From a bacterium (GTDB taxonomy: Bacteria > UBA8248 > JACPRG01 > G963555815): a stretch of DNA of 64,000 bases. Both the position numbers and the translations under genes were made by a program. This document shows, in pieces, positions 51,905 through 62,239 of this stretch. The notes under the pieces are model-generated. The model was given only the letters and a program-made list of their open reading frames with translations, was not told the origin of the DNA and did no database searches. The stretch spans positions 4,160,001 through 4,224,000 of the forward strand of contig OZ244653.1 of assembly GCA_965218795.1 (NCBI GenBank), read 5' to 3'. The first letter of the stretch is position 1. Each line of letters opens with the position of its first letter.

Positions 51905-52639
51905 ATGCGCGAAGCCGTTCTCAGGGTTTTTCGAGGCGACGCCCAAGGCGGGGAGGAAAAGGAGTATCGAATCCCGGTCGAAGAGGGGATGGTTGTATTG
52001 GATGCCATCCACTACATCCAGGGACACTTCGAGCCGGATTTGGCCGTCCGCTGGAACTGCAAGGCTGCCAAGTGCGGTTCCTGCAGCGCGGAGGTCAACG
52101 GCAAGCCCAGTCTGATGTGTAAGACCCGAATGGATGATTTCCCCGAGGAAGAATCGATCACGGTCTACCCCATGAAGGCGTTTCCCGTGATCAAGGATCT
52201 GGTGACCGACGTATCGTGGAACTTCGAGGTCAACAAGAAGATACAGGCCTTCACTCCAGCTCCGGACACCGATTGGAAGATGTACCAGCCCGATGTGGAC
52301 CGGGTTCAGGAGTTCAGGAAGTGCATCGAATGCTTCCTCTGCCAGAACGTATGCCACGTGATCCGGACCCATGACCAAAAACCGCAATTTTCCGGTCCGC
52401 GGTTCTATGTTCGCGTGGCGGGTTTGGAGATGCACCCCTTGGACACCGCGTCCAGGCTGGAGTATTTGAAGGACGAGGCAGGGATAGGATTTTGCAACAT
52501 CACCAAGTGCTGCACGGAGGTCTGCCCGGAAGAGATCGAGATTACCGATAACGCCATTATTCCGCTGAAAGAGCGGGTGGTGGACAGGTACTATGATCCG
52601 GTCCTCAAGTTCTTCAGGAAATTGTTGGGAACATGGTGA
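51905..52639 (+). CDS. sdhB: Succinate dehydrogenase/fumarate reductase Fe-S subunit
   Basis: CKAAKCGSC, CIECFLCQNVC, CNITKCCTEVCP. Confidence 0.95.
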   Translation: MREAVLRVFRGDAQGGEEKEYRIPVEEGMVVLDAIHYIQGHFEPDLAVRWNCKAAKCGSCSAEVNGKPSLMCKTRMDDFPEEESITVYPMKAFPVIKDLVTDVSWNFEVNKKIQAFTPAPDTDWKMYQPDVDRVQEFRKCIECFLCQNVCHVIRTHDQKPQFSGPRFYVRVAGLEMHPLDTASRLEYLKDEAGIGFCNITKCCTEVCPEEIEITDNAIIPLKERVVDRYYDPVLKFFRKLLGTW

Positions 52640-52869
52640 TCGGCTTCATCGGGCTGGCATCGTCGAATTCGCGCTTCGCATGATGTGTTCTTGAATTGCG
52701 TCATGACGTGGCCCTGTCTGTGCGGTTGGTTGCGTCGGGCGCTGACGGTGGGCAGGGCTGATCCGCGCGTGGATTCCTCATGGCTCGGCGGGTCATTCGA
52801 GGGGTGGGTTTTTGACCGTTCTGTCGTGCCGCCGGAACCGGGAAATCATGTCTTTTTCAAGGTCGAACC

Positions 52870-54033
52870 ATGAAGATCCATGAGTTTCAGGGGAAAGAGA
52901 TTCTGAAGTCCTTCGGCATTCCGGTCCCCGAGGGCGGCGTGGCGGAGACGGCGGGGGAGACCCGCGGCATCGCCGAACGGCTGGGCGGGCGCGTCGTCGT
53001 CAAGGCGCAGATACACGCCGGGGGGCGCGGGAAGGGCGGCGGCGTCAAACTGGCCGACGACCCCGACGAGGCGGAGCAGGCGGCCGAACGGATCATCGGG
53101 ATGCAGCTCATCACCCACCAGACCGGGCCGGAAGGCCAGAAGGTCAAGCGGGTTCTGGTGGAGGAGGCCTCCCCGATCGCCAGGGAGCTCTACCTGGGCG
53201 TGGTCATCGACCGCGCGCAATCGGCCCCCGTCGTGATGGCGAGCGAGGCCGGCGGGATGGATATCGAGGAGGTCGCCGCCAACACGCCGGAGAAGATCCT
53301 GACCGAAGTGGTCGATACGGCTTACGGCCTCCAGGGTTTCCAGGCGCGGCGGCTGGCCTTCGGCCTCGGACTGCCCCGGGAGAATTTGAGCGCCGCATCG
53401 AAGTTCTTCCAGAATCTGTACCGCTTGTTCGAAGAGAAGGACTGTTCGCTGGCCGAGATCAACCCGCTGGCGGTGATGGAAGACGGACGCCTGCTGGCCC
53501 TGGACGCCAAGCTCAATTTCGACGACAACGCCCTATACCGTCACGCGGAGCTCGCCGATCTCCGGGATCTGGACGAGGAAGCCCCCCTGGAGGTTGAAGC
53601 CTCCAAGTTCCATCTGAACTACATCAAGCTGGACGGAGAAGTCGGGTGCATGGTGAACGGGGCCGGGCTGGCGATGGCCACCATGGACATCGTGAAGATG
53701 GCCGGAGCCTCGCCCGCCAATTTTCTGGATGTCGGGGGAGGCGCCGACGAGGAGATGGTCGAAAACGCTTTCCGGATCCTCGTGGGCGATGAAGGCGTCC
53801 GCGCCGTGTTCATCAATATTTTCGGCGGGATCATGCGGTGCGATATTCTGGCCCAGGGGGTCGTCGAGGCCGTCCGGAAGCTGAACGTGACAATTCCCGT
53901 GATCATCCGAATGGAAGGGACCAACGTCGAGGAGGGCCGCAGGATCCTGGAGGACTCGGGTCTGGATTTCACGGTGGGCGACGGGATGCAGGATTCGGCC
54001 GAAAAAGTCGTCGCGGCGTTACAACAGGAATAA
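52870..54033 (+). CDS. sucC: Succinyl-CoA synthetase beta subunit
   Basis: KAQIHAGGRGKGGG, EINPL, NGAGLAMATMD, NIFGGIMRCD. Confidence 0.97.
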   Translation: MKIHEFQGKEILKSFGIPVPEGGVAETAGETRGIAERLGGRVVVKAQIHAGGRGKGGGVKLADDPDEAEQAAERIIGMQLITHQTGPEGQKVKRVLVEEASPIARELYLGVVIDRAQSAPVVMASEAGGMDIEEVAANTPEKILTEVVDTAYGLQGFQARRLAFGLGLPRENLSAASKFFQNLYRLFEEKDCSLAEINPLAVMEDGRLLALDAKLNFDDNALYRHAELADLRDLDEEAPLEVEASKFHLNYIKLDGEVGCMVNGAGLAMATMDIVKMAGASPANFLDVGGGADEEMVENAFRILVGDEGVRAVFINIFGGIMRCDILAQGVVEAVRKLNVTIPVIIRMEGTNVEEGRRILEDSGLDFTVGDGMQDSAEKVVAALQQE

Positions 54034-54311
54034 CCAAGAGCCATGAATTGTCAGGAAGGGCATGTTGGGGGCAACGGGCCTCCGCGATTTCTCGGCGTTC
54101 GGTGGCGCCGTAGCCGCGCGCAATCAGGGCATTGTGTATCGATAACCCATGTGCGCGTCGAAAAGTGAGCGGGCCGCGCCTGTTCCCCTGACCCCCATTA
54201 GAACTTTCCCGTCCCCTCGCGAAATGAAGATTTTACTGGTGCGCGCGCGCCTGACAGAAAGCCCTCCCCCACAGACATCAAAAGGTTCTATAGAGGACAA
54301 GAGAGGTTTCC

Positions 54312-55205
54312 ATGAGCACTCTCGTTGGGCGTGAAACCCGGATCGTCGTACAGGGAATGGGGAAGCACGGCCAGTTCCACGCGGCCCGCTGTCTGGAGTA
54401 CGGCAAAGAGAACGGAATTGAGCAGCAGGTGGTGGCTGGTGTGACGCCCGGCAAGGGAGGGACCCGGGTCGACTCCATTCCGCTGTTCAACACCGTTGCC
54501 GAGGCCATAGGGGAGACGGGTGCCAACGCTTCCCAGATCTTTGTGCCGCCCGCCGGCGCGGCTGATGCCGTCATGGAGGCCGCGGATGCCGGCATTCCGC
54601 TGGCCGTGTGCATCACGGAGGGCATTCCCGCGTTCGACATGCTCCGGGTCCACAAGTACCTGGAAGACCGTCCGACACGGCTCGTCGGCCCCAATTGTCC
54701 CGGGGTGATCTCGCCCGGGGGCTGCAAGATGGGCATCATGCCGGGGCATATTCATCTGCCGGGACGGGTCGGCGTGATATCGCGCAGCGGAACGCTGACG
54801 TACGAGGCCGTGGGTCAGCTCACGGCGGAGGGCATCGGGCAGTCGACATGTATCGGTATCGGCGGCGATCCGGTCATTGGGACGACCCACGTGGACGCGC
54901 TGGCGTTGTTCGAGGGCGACCCGGATACCGACGCGGTCATCCTGATTGGGGAGATCGGCGGGACCGCCGAGGAGGAGGCGGGCGAATTCATCCGGTCCGG
55001 GGGCTTCACCAAACCCGTCGTCGGGTTCATTGCGGGCCAGACGGCCCCGCCGGGCCGGCGGATGGGGCACGCGGGCGCAATCATCTCCGGTGGCAAGGGG
55101 ACCGCGGCGGACAAGATGGCCGCCCTGCGGGAGGCTGGCGTGACCGTCACGGAGAGTCCGGCCAGGATGGGGGAAAGGATGGCGGAGGTTCTACATCCCC
55201 GGTAA
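54312..55205 (+). CDS. sucD: Succinyl-CoA synthetase alpha subunit
   Basis: [30 protein letters not shown]. Confidence 0.97.
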   Translation: MSTLVGRETRIVVQGMGKHGQFHAARCLEYGKENGIEQQVVAGVTPGKGGTRVDSIPLFNTVAEAIGETGANASQIFVPPAGAADAVMEAADAGIPLAVCITEGIPAFDMLRVHKYLEDRPTRLVGPNCPGVISPGGCKMGIMPGHIHLPGRVGVISRSGTLTYEAVGQLTAEGIGQSTCIGIGGDPVIGTTHVDALALFEGDPDTDAVILIGEIGGTAEEEAGEFIRSGGFTKPVVGFIAGQTAPPGRRMGHAGAIISGGKGTAADKMAALREAGVTVTESPARMGERMAEVLHPR

Positions 55206-55494
55206 GGGTTGAATCTCAGTCTGCATTGAATATATTGGAGTGATACGGAATTCGGATTGGTGTAACGGATGGAAGGACAGGTCTTCCGGCAGGTCTTCCG
55301 GACTGGCTCGGCAGTGCGCGGGGGCTCTCTTCAGCGGTTCTCGCCGATTGAATGAATTCCCCGCATATGTTAATTTGATCGAATACCTGGAGGCAGGAGG
55401 GCGGATGAGGAGACCCAAGTCCTCATCGTTCGGGCCGGCGCTGGGGAAAAGTTGATTTCTCTCTCAAGAAAACCCGAAAGAGGATTCCCTGGAG

Positions 55495-57375
55495 ATGAGT
55501 GAAACACCCGAAGCAGCCGATGGAACGAACGGGGAGGCCGCGCCCCACAAGGATCTGGAAAGTATCGAAACGGTAGCCATCCGGTTCGCGGGAGATTCCG
55601 GAGACGGGATGCAGCTCACCGGCACGCGGTTTACCAACGCGACCGCAATCGCCGGAAACGATCTCAGCACGCTGCCGGACTTCCCCGCCGAAATCCGCGC
55701 GCCCGCCGGCACACTGGCCGGCGTCAGCGGTTTTCAGATCAACTTCAGCAGCCAGAACATCCATACCCCGGGCGACAGCCCCGACGTGCTGGTGGCCATG
55801 AATCCGGCTGCGCTGAAGGCCAACCTGAAGGATCTCAAGCGGGGCGGAATGATCATTCTGAATACCTCCGCCTTCAACCAGAAGGCCTATGACAAGGCGG
55901 AATACACCTCCGATCCGCTGACCGACGGGACTCTCGAGCCCTATCGCGTCCATCAGGTCGATATTGCCAAGATGACGCAGGCGGCCCTGAAGGGCATGGG
56001 TCTGCAACCGAGCGTGATGGACCGCAGCAAGAATTTCTTCGCCCTCGGCTTGATGTTCTGGATGTACCAGCGTCCGATGGAACAGACCATCAAATGGATC
56101 GAGGACAAGTTCAAGAACCGGGCGGAGATCGTCGAAGCCAACCTCCGGGCCCTTCACGCGGGGTACCATTTCGGTGAGAACACCGAGATCTTTCAGACCG
56201 CCTATGTGGTGAAAGAGGCGCATCTGCCGCCGGGCCGGTACCGCAACATCACCGGCAACGAGGCCGTGGCGAGGGGCTTCGTCGCCGCCGGGCGGCTCGC
56301 CGGGCTTCGTGTCGTATACGGCAGTTACCCCATCACTCCCGCCAGCGATGTCCTTCACGAGCTTTCCGTGTTTAAGCATTACGACGTCATCACCATTCAG
56401 GCCGAGGATGAGATCGCCGCTGTTTCCGCCGCTATCGGTGCTGCCTTCGGCGGCTCTCTCGGCGTGACCGGCACCAGCGGGCCCGGAATCGCGCTGAAGG
56501 CCGAGGCCATGAATCTGGCCCTGATGACGGAACTGCCTCTCGTGGTGCTCGACGTTCAGCGGGGCGGGCCGAGCACGGGCTTGCCCACGAAGACGGAGCA
56601 GGCCGACCTGCTTCAGGTTCTCTACGGACGAAACAGCGATTCGCCCATACCGGTCGTCGCGGCGAACACGCCGGGCGATTGCTTCTTTGCCGCCATCGAG
56701 GCTTCCCGGATCGCCGTCAAGTACATGACGCCGGTCGTCCTGCTCACCGACGGTTATCTGGGCAACGGGGCCGAGCCCTGGAACATCCCCGAGGTGGAAG
56801 ACCTGCCGGAGTTCAAGGCCGAGTTCCGTACGGACCCCGAGGGCTTCATGCCGTATCTCCGCGACCCGAAGACCCTGGCCAGACCGTGGGTCAAACCCGG
56901 TACGCCGGGGCTGGAGCACCGCATCGGCGGCATTGAGAAATCGGACGGCACGGGGAACGTCAACTACGACCCGGCCAACCACGAGCACATGGTGCGCACC
57001 CGCGCCGCCAAGGTGGCGGGCATCGCCGACGACATCCCGCCGGCGCAGGTCGAAGGCGAGGAGAAAGGGAAGCTGCTGATCATCGGCTGGGGCAGCACCT
57101 ACGGCTCGATCACCACGGCCGTGAGCGTCCTGCAGGCGCGCGGGGCGTCGGTGTCTCACGTCCACCTGCGGCACCTGAACCCGCTTCCGCGAAACCTGGG
57201 CGACATCATTTCGAGCTTCGAGAAGGTCCTCATCCCCGAGATGAATATGGGCCAACTCCTGACGGTCCTTCGGGCTGAGTATCTGGTCGATGCGATCGGC
57301 TTCAACAAGATCCAGGGACAGCCCTTTAAAATCTCTGAACTCGTCAACAAGATTGAGGAGGTGCTCGCATCATGA
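55495..57375 (+). CDS. korA: 2-oxoacid(2-oxoglutarate):ferredoxin oxidoreductase alpha subunit
   Basis: AGDSGDGMQ, YPITPAS, QAEDEIAA, QRGGPSTGLPT. Confidence 0.93.
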   Translation: MSETPEAADGTNGEAAPHKDLESIETVAIRFAGDSGDGMQLTGTRFTNATAIAGNDLSTLPDFPAEIRAPAGTLAGVSGFQINFSSQNIHTPGDSPDVLVAMNPAALKANLKDLKRGGMIILNTSAFNQKAYDKAEYTSDPLTDGTLEPYRVHQVDIAKMTQAALKGMGLQPSVMDRSKNFFALGLMFWMYQRPMEQTIKWIEDKFKNRAEIVEANLRALHAGYHFGENTEIFQTAYVVKEAHLPPGRYRNITGNEAVARGFVAAGRLAGLRVVYGSYPITPASDVLHELSVFKHYDVITIQAEDEIAAVSAAIGAAFGGSLGVTGTSGPGIALKAEAMNLALMTELPLVVLDVQRGGPSTGLPTKTEQADLLQVLYGRNSDSPIPVVAANTPGDCFFAAIEASRIAVKYMTPVVLLTDGYLGNGAEPWNIPEVEDLPEFKAEFRTDPEGFMPYLRDPKTLARPWVKPGTPGLEHRIGGIEKSDGTGNVNYDPANHEHMVRTRAAKVAGIADDIPPAQVEGEEKGKLLIIGWGSTYGSITTAVSVLQARGASVSHVHLRHLNPLPRNLGDIISSFEKVLIPEMNMGQLLTVLRAEYLVDAIGFNKIQGQPFKISELVNKIEEVLAS

Positions 57376-58385
57376 GCACGGAAACGGCCAAGCTGACCAA
57401 GAAAGACTTCACGTCGGACCAGATCGTGCGGTGGTGCCCCGGTTGCGGGGATTACGCCATCCTGGCGCAGGTGCAGAGCCTGTTCCCCGAGTTCGGGATC
57501 CCCAAGGAGAACGTTGCGTTCGTCTCGGGCATCGGCTGCGCCGCGCGTTTCCCCTATTACATGAACACCTACGGTTTCCACGCCATTCACGGGCGGGCGC
57601 CGGCGTTCGCCACCGGTCTCAAGGCGGCCAACCCGGACCTGTCGGTTTGGGTCGTCACCGGCGACGGCGACGCGTTGTCGATCGGGGGGAATCACCTGAT
57701 GCATGTCCTCCGCAGGAACGTGGACGTGAAGATCCTTCTGTTCAACAACCGGATCTACGGCCTGACCAAGGGGCAGTACTCACCGACATCGGAGTTCGGC
57801 AAGAGGACCAAATCCACGCCCATGGGGTCTGTGGATACGCCGGTCAACCCCGTATCGGTCGCGATCGGATCGGGGGCCACGTTCGTTGCGCGCACCGTGG
57901 ACCGGGACGTGAAGCACATGAAGGAAATCCTGCGGGCGGCGGCGAGCCACAAGGGCACGGCCTTGGTCGAGATCTTGCAGAACTGCCCGGTGTTCAACGA
58001 CGGCGCCTTTTTCAACCTGACGGAGAAGGCGACGAAGGATACCGACGGCGTCCGCCTCGAGACCGGCCAGCCTGCGGTGTACGGCGCCAAGGACAACCCC
58101 ATGGGCCTGCGGCTGAACGGGTTGAGCATTGAAAGCGTCCCCGTGAACGGGAACACCGACGAGCTCCTCGTCCATGACCCGCATGTGGCCGACCCGACGT
58201 TGGCGTTCATGATCGGGCAGATGCACGATCACGGCCTTCCGGTCGCCCTGGGCGTCCTCCGGTCGGTGGAGCACCCCTGTTACGACGCGCTCGTGAACGA
58301 TCAGGTCAAAAGGGCCATTGAGACCAAGGGCGAGGGGGAGCTGGAGGGGCTTCTGAACGACGGCGACACCTGGACCGTGGGCTGA
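57372..58385 (+). CDS. korB: 2-oxoacid:ferredoxin oxidoreductase beta subunit
   Basis: WCPGCGD, SGIGC, HGR, GDGD...NN TPP motif, TKGQ.SPT. Confidence 0.94.
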   Translation: MSTETAKLTKKDFTSDQIVRWCPGCGDYAILAQVQSLFPEFGIPKENVAFVSGIGCAARFPYYMNTYGFHAIHGRAPAFATGLKAANPDLSVWVVTGDGDALSIGGNHLMHVLRRNVDVKILLFNNRIYGLTKGQYSPTSEFGKRTKSTPMGSVDTPVNPVSVAIGSGATFVARTVDRDVKHMKEILRAAASHKGTALVEILQNCPVFNDGAFFNLTEKATKDTDGVRLETGQPAVYGAKDNPMGLRLNGLSIESVPVNGNTDELLVHDPHVADPTLAFMIGQMHDHGLPVALGVLRSVEHPCYDALVNDQVKRAIETKGEGELEGLLNDGDTWTVG

Positions 58386-58495
58386 GGCTCCGGCCTCGCC
58401 GCCTGTTCGGTACCGTATCATCACGAGGGAAACCCGGCCCGGGCTTCCCTCGTATTTTGTCGGCTTCCGGTGCAAGCCATGAAGGAGCGGAGTGT

Positions 58496-58909
58496 ATGGA
58501 AAGGACGTTGGCCATCATCAAACCCGACGCCGTCCAGCGACGATTGGTCGGCGCCATCGTCTCGCGCATCGAAAAGGAGGGGTTTGCGATTCGGGCGATG
58601 CGGCTTCGGCATCTCACGAAGAGCGAGGCGGAGGGATTTTACGACGTGCATCGGGAGCGCCCCTTTTTCGGGAGCCTGACGGATTTCATGTCGTCCGGAC
58701 CCTGCGTTCCGATGGTGCTGGAGAAAGAGGGAGCCATCGCCGCCTGGCGGCAGGTCATGGGCGCGACGAATCCGGAGGAAGCGGAGGAGGGGACGATCCG
58801 AAACCAGTTCGGCGAAGGCGTCGAGCGCAACGGCACGCACGGCAGCGACGCGCCCGAGACCGCGGCGTTCGAGATCAGTTATTTCTTCGACGAGTCGGAA
58901 TGGGTCTGA
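58496..58909 (+). CDS. ndk: Nucleoside diphosphate kinase
   Basis: [21 protein letters not shown]. Confidence 0.97.
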   Translation: MERTLAIIKPDAVQRRLVGAIVSRIEKEGFAIRAMRLRHLTKSEAEGFYDVHRERPFFGSLTDFMSSGPCVPMVLEKEGAIAAWRQVMGATNPEEAEEGTIRNQFGEGVERNGTHGSDAPETAAFEISYFFDESEWV

Positions 58910-59013
58910 GGGAAGGACAGGGAGTTCAGGAGAAAGCCTCTCGCATCGAGGATACGGGAACCGGCCCAATCGCCTTGGCAGCAGATAGACTCAGCCCCCC
59001 TCGAAAATCTTCC

Positions 59014-59094
59014 GGGCGGGTACGGGCCCCGCCTCTACATTTCAACGGGCTAACGGCTTGTAGTCATGGGCGGGGCTCTGTACCCGCCCATGAC
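59014..59094. repeat. REP-like inverted pair / hairpin between convergent genes
   Basis: gggcgggtacgggccccgcctctac versus gtagtcatgggcggggctctgtacccgccc; perfect 12-bp stem at 59063-59094. Confidence 0.65.
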
Positions 59095-59385
59095 AGCTTC
59101 CTGGCTTTCATCCATCTCGTCCAGAATTTCTGATAATAGTCGGCCCTCCTCTTGCGCCTTCCTCTGGGCCTCTACAATGTCCTCAATTCCGTAGGGTTTT
59201 CCATCCTGAAGTTTAAGAGAAATTCCGACGAGACTCATCGGATGGCCGCACTCGGATTTTCTTGACAGAATTCGCTCCCCCTGATTGCGTCTGGTTGAAA
59301 AGCCATGCCCCTTCTCACAGGCGTACATCCAGTAACCCTGCTTCACGACCAGTCTTTGGAATTCATCGCTGAACTCATCCGCCAT
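59050..59385 (-). CDS. Hypothetical protein with possible zinc-binding C/H residues
   Basis: About 111 aa, lower GC than neighbours; CEKGH...ECGH; follows the FAH gene. Confidence 0.6.
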   Translation of the reverse strand: MADEFSDEFQRLVVKQGYWMYACEKGHGFSTRRNQGERILSRKSECGHPMSLVGISLKLQDGKPYGIEDIVEAQRKAQEEGRLLSEILDEMDESQEAVMGGYRAPPMTTSR

Positions 59386-59402
59386 GACAAGATCTTCCAA
59401 TA

Positions 59403-60398
59403 TCACTCAATATCCGCCACGATGAGATTCTGGAGCTCGCCCAGACCGCTCACGACGCAGCGGACCGTGTCACCTGGCTTGAGGTAGAAGTCTTGGGGGG
59501 GGTCCCGGAAGGCGGCCACGCCTGAGGGCGTCCCGGTCGAGATGATGTCCCCGGGTTCCAGGCCCATTCTGGACCAGTGAGCGATGAGCTCGGGGATCTT
59601 GAAGATCATATCCCGGGTGCTGCCGCTCTGCCGGGGTTCGGACTCGTCGTTCACCCAGGTCTCGAGCGTCAGGTCGTCGGGGTCGGGGATTTCGTCCGCG
59701 GTGGTGACAAAGGGTCCCATGGGGGCGAAGCCGTCGAGATTTTTCCCCATGAACAGCAGCCCGAATTTCATCTCGGCCCGCTGTATGTCCCGCGCGCTGA
59801 TGTCGTTGTAAATCGTGTAGCCGAAGATGTGCTCCATGGCGGTTTCGGGCGGGATGTCCTTGCCGCCCTTCCCGATGATCATGGCAATCTCCACTTCGTA
59901 GTCCAGTTCCTGCGTGTGACGGGAATGGACGATCGGCGTTTCGTGGCCGGTGATGACCGAAGGAACCTGGACGAACCCCATGGGAAACCGGAGCTTGGGC
60001 GCGTGGGGATTCTCGTCGACGTGGTCGCCGAAGTTGAAGCCCATGGCGATGAATTTGCCCGGGCGGGGAACCGGGGCGTGAAACCGGACGTTTTCCTGCG
60101 GGTGGACGACCTCCGTACCCTTCGCGCCTTGGAGGGGCTCCCCGCGGTCTCGCTTGGACTGGATGAGTCCCAGGATTCGCTGGACGGCTTCGGTGGAGTC
60201 TCCGCCGCCTCGGATAAATCCGAGGATCCCCTCTCTCGCCCATTTGGTCCGGAGCGCCATGGCTCTGGGATCCCGGTGGTCGGCTTCGGCAATCGTCAGC
60301 GCGAGGCTCATATCGGCCACCGTTCCGTCCTCCAGGACGAGCCCCATCCGGGGGCCGATGGGGTCTTCCGGCAGCGTCTCGAAGATAGCGAGCTTCAT
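59403..60398 (-). CDS. Fumarylacetoacetate hydrolase family protein
   Basis: PGKFIAMGFN, LDYEVE, NDISARD, GKNLD, TGTPSGV. Confidence 0.93.
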   Translation of the reverse strand: MKLAIFETLPEDPIGPRMGLVLEDGTVADMSLALTIAEADHRDPRAMALRTKWAREGILGFIRGGGDSTEAVQRILGLIQSKRDRGEPLQGAKGTEVVHPQENVRFHAPVPRPGKFIAMGFNFGDHVDENPHAPKLRFPMGFVQVPSVITGHETPIVHSRHTQELDYEVEIAMIIGKGGKDIPPETAMEHIFGYTIYNDISARDIQRAEMKFGLLFMGKNLDGFAPMGPFVTTADEIPDPDDLTLETWVNDESEPRQSGSTRDMIFKIPELIAHWSRMGLEPGDIISTGTPSGVAAFRDPPQDFYLKPGDTVRCVVSGLGELQNLIVADIE

Positions 60399-60723
60399 GG
60401 TTCTCTCCAGTGTCTACCGCCGCCGTGTGTCGCGGGGTCTTGTTCGCCGGGAGCGTTGCCTTTCAGGAGGGACCGAAAATCCAAGATGGCGCTTCCTGAC
60501 GCCTTCTGACCGTCCATCCGGAAATTTCGGGTCCGGCCAGCCTTGACAGGGCGAAGGCATTCTGGTTCTTTATTGCCTTGGCTCGGGGGTAAGTGGCCCC
60601 CGGGCGACACACCGTGTCTCTCCTCAAGGAACCGACATGCAATATTTTGCTGAGGGTGAGCCCGAAGAATCAAAGCGGCGGCATCTTTGGTGGCATGGTT
60701 GCGCGGTCAGGGTCGGCCTCGGC

Positions 60724-61275
60724 CTATCCCTTATCCTCGCCCTCTCTGCTTGGATGTTCTTCGAGTAGTCCCTTCTCCAGCTTGGCGATCCCGTGCTCTT
60801 CCAGCAGGTTCGCCAGCCGGTCCCGGTTGATGAGTTCCACGGGCGCTCCTTCCAGGTTCTTGTCCACCTCCTGCGAGAAGTAGCCCGTTGTCATGAAGAT
60901 CCCCTTCATGGCCTGCTCCTGATGCACGGCGCTGCTGAGGCCGATCACCGGGGCGGAATCCACTATCTGGTCCATCGGCGATAGAACCCCGTTGATGAGG
61001 TAGATCCCGCCCAGAACAGGGTGGTCCATGACGGCGGTGATGTCTACGGTTCCCGATTCAGGGGTCTCAACGGACGTGACCCGCAGGCCCAAAGCCTCTA
61101 CCAGGTCCACGCACAGTTCCCGGAACTCTTCCGGCGCCATCTCTTGGAGGGCGGAAGTTTGCGTCCGGTCCTGCTGGTAGTAGGCCTGCTCCATGGCAAT
61201 CGGGGCCGAGGAACGCTTGAGCAGAAAAATCAGAATGAAGCCCAAAATCGTGGATATCGTGATGATCACAAGCAT
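60724..61275 (-). CDS. Membrane-anchored Mrr-like restriction-endonuclease-fold protein
   Basis: N-terminal TM; EEFRELC..L...G, VDI, KGIFMTTGYFS, VELIN...L..LL; usual QxK replaced by NGV. Confidence 0.75.
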   Translation of the reverse strand: MLVIITISTILGFILIFLLKRSSAPIAMEQAYYQQDRTQTSALQEMAPEEFRELCVDLVEALGLRVTSVETPESGTVDITAVMDHPVLGGIYLINGVLSPMDQIVDSAPVIGLSSAVHQEQAMKGIFMTTGYFSQEVDKNLEGAPVELINRDRLANLLEEHGIAKLEKGLLEEHPSREGEDKG

Positions 61276-61378
61276 GGATATCCCCGGTGGAAACGGTCGG
61301 GGGCATTGGTCCGGTACTCGCCGGACCCGGCGTCGGGAACGACATCGGTGAGGGAATCTGCGACGACGCGGCGCCGCC

Positions 61379-61546
61379 CTATTCCATCATGTCGTCGTAA
61401 ATCCGGTCCTTGTTGCCTTCTTTGCTCAGCTTGTCGTTGTGAAAGGCCTGTTTGAGCGAAAGCCAACACGCGATGAAGACAACAAACAGCATTCCCGTAA
61501 TGGGTATGTTGTCGGGTTTCAAAAGAATTTCCAGAAATTGCTCCAT
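61379..61546 (-). CDS. Small membrane protein with KPDNIPI motif
   Basis: 55 aa, AGGAG RBS; KPDNIPITGMLF..TM..QAFHND. Confidence 0.7.
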   Translation of the reverse strand: MEQFLEILLKPDNIPITGMLFVVFIACWLSLKQAFHNDKLSKEGNKDRIYDDMME

Positions 61547-61623
61547 GGTCTCCGTCTCCTTCCAGCTGAGATTCTCTATCAATATGAACCGGAAAAAGAC
61601 GGCTGGTCAAGCCAAAATCCGAA

Positions 61624-61652
61624 TTGACACGCCTTCGCACGATTCCTATACT
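61624..61652 (+). promoter_or_regulatory. Sigma70 promoter of the ferredoxin gene
   Basis: TTGACA, 17-nt spacer, TATACT. Confidence 0.7.
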
Positions 61653-61730
61653 CAATTCGATGAGGACGCAGGGTGCAGCCCAATGAGTGCGCCTGAGTCC
61701 TGATTCCAAACATGATCCTGAGAGGCGAAT

Positions 61731-62186
61731 ATGGCTCACTTCATAGCGGATACGTGCATCGGGTGCAGCATCTGCGAGGTCAAGTGCCCGACGGATGCAA
61801 TCAGCGGCCGCAGGGACCAGCTCTATGTCATCGATCCGAATCTCTGCATCGACTGCGACGTCTGCGGGCGTCATTGTCCGGTCGAGTGTATCCTGGATGA
61901 GAATGGAAAGGTCATCCCGCGGATCCGGCCCAAGGAAATGCCCAAGGCTGTGGTCATCGAAGAATTGTGCAACGGGTGCAATTACTGCGTGGAGATTTGT
62001 CCGTTCGATTGCATCAGTCTGGAAGACGCCGAAGGCTGGGAAGATATCCAGGTGGTGGCCAAAGTCCACGAGAAGGAATGCGTCGGATGCCAGCTTTGCG
62101 AAGCCTTCTGTGACAAAGAGGCCATTGTCGTCCCTCTGCCCGAGGGGAAGACGAAGCTGGAGTTCGTGCTCGGCCACTATACCTGA
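61731..62186 (+). CDS. Polyferredoxin with four [4Fe-4S] motifs
   Basis: Four CxxCxxCxxxC motifs. Confidence 0.9.
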   Translation: MAHFIADTCIGCSICEVKCPTDAISGRRDQLYVIDPNLCIDCDVCGRHCPVECILDENGKVIPRIRPKEMPKAVVIEELCNGCNYCVEICPFDCISLEDAEGWEDIQVVAKVHEKECVGCQLCEAFCDKEAIVVPLPEGKTKLEFVLGHYT

Positions 62187-62239
62187 GACTGCCGCGGCGC
62201 GGGCGTAACGCCGTCGGACAGGAGTAACGTTTCGATCAA

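Noticed and set aside
60400-60720. Possible glycine riboswitch upstream of the FAH gene (GGAGAGA...CGCC on the minus strand)
   Set aside because: Lacks the CCGAAG and CTCTCAGG conserved elements.
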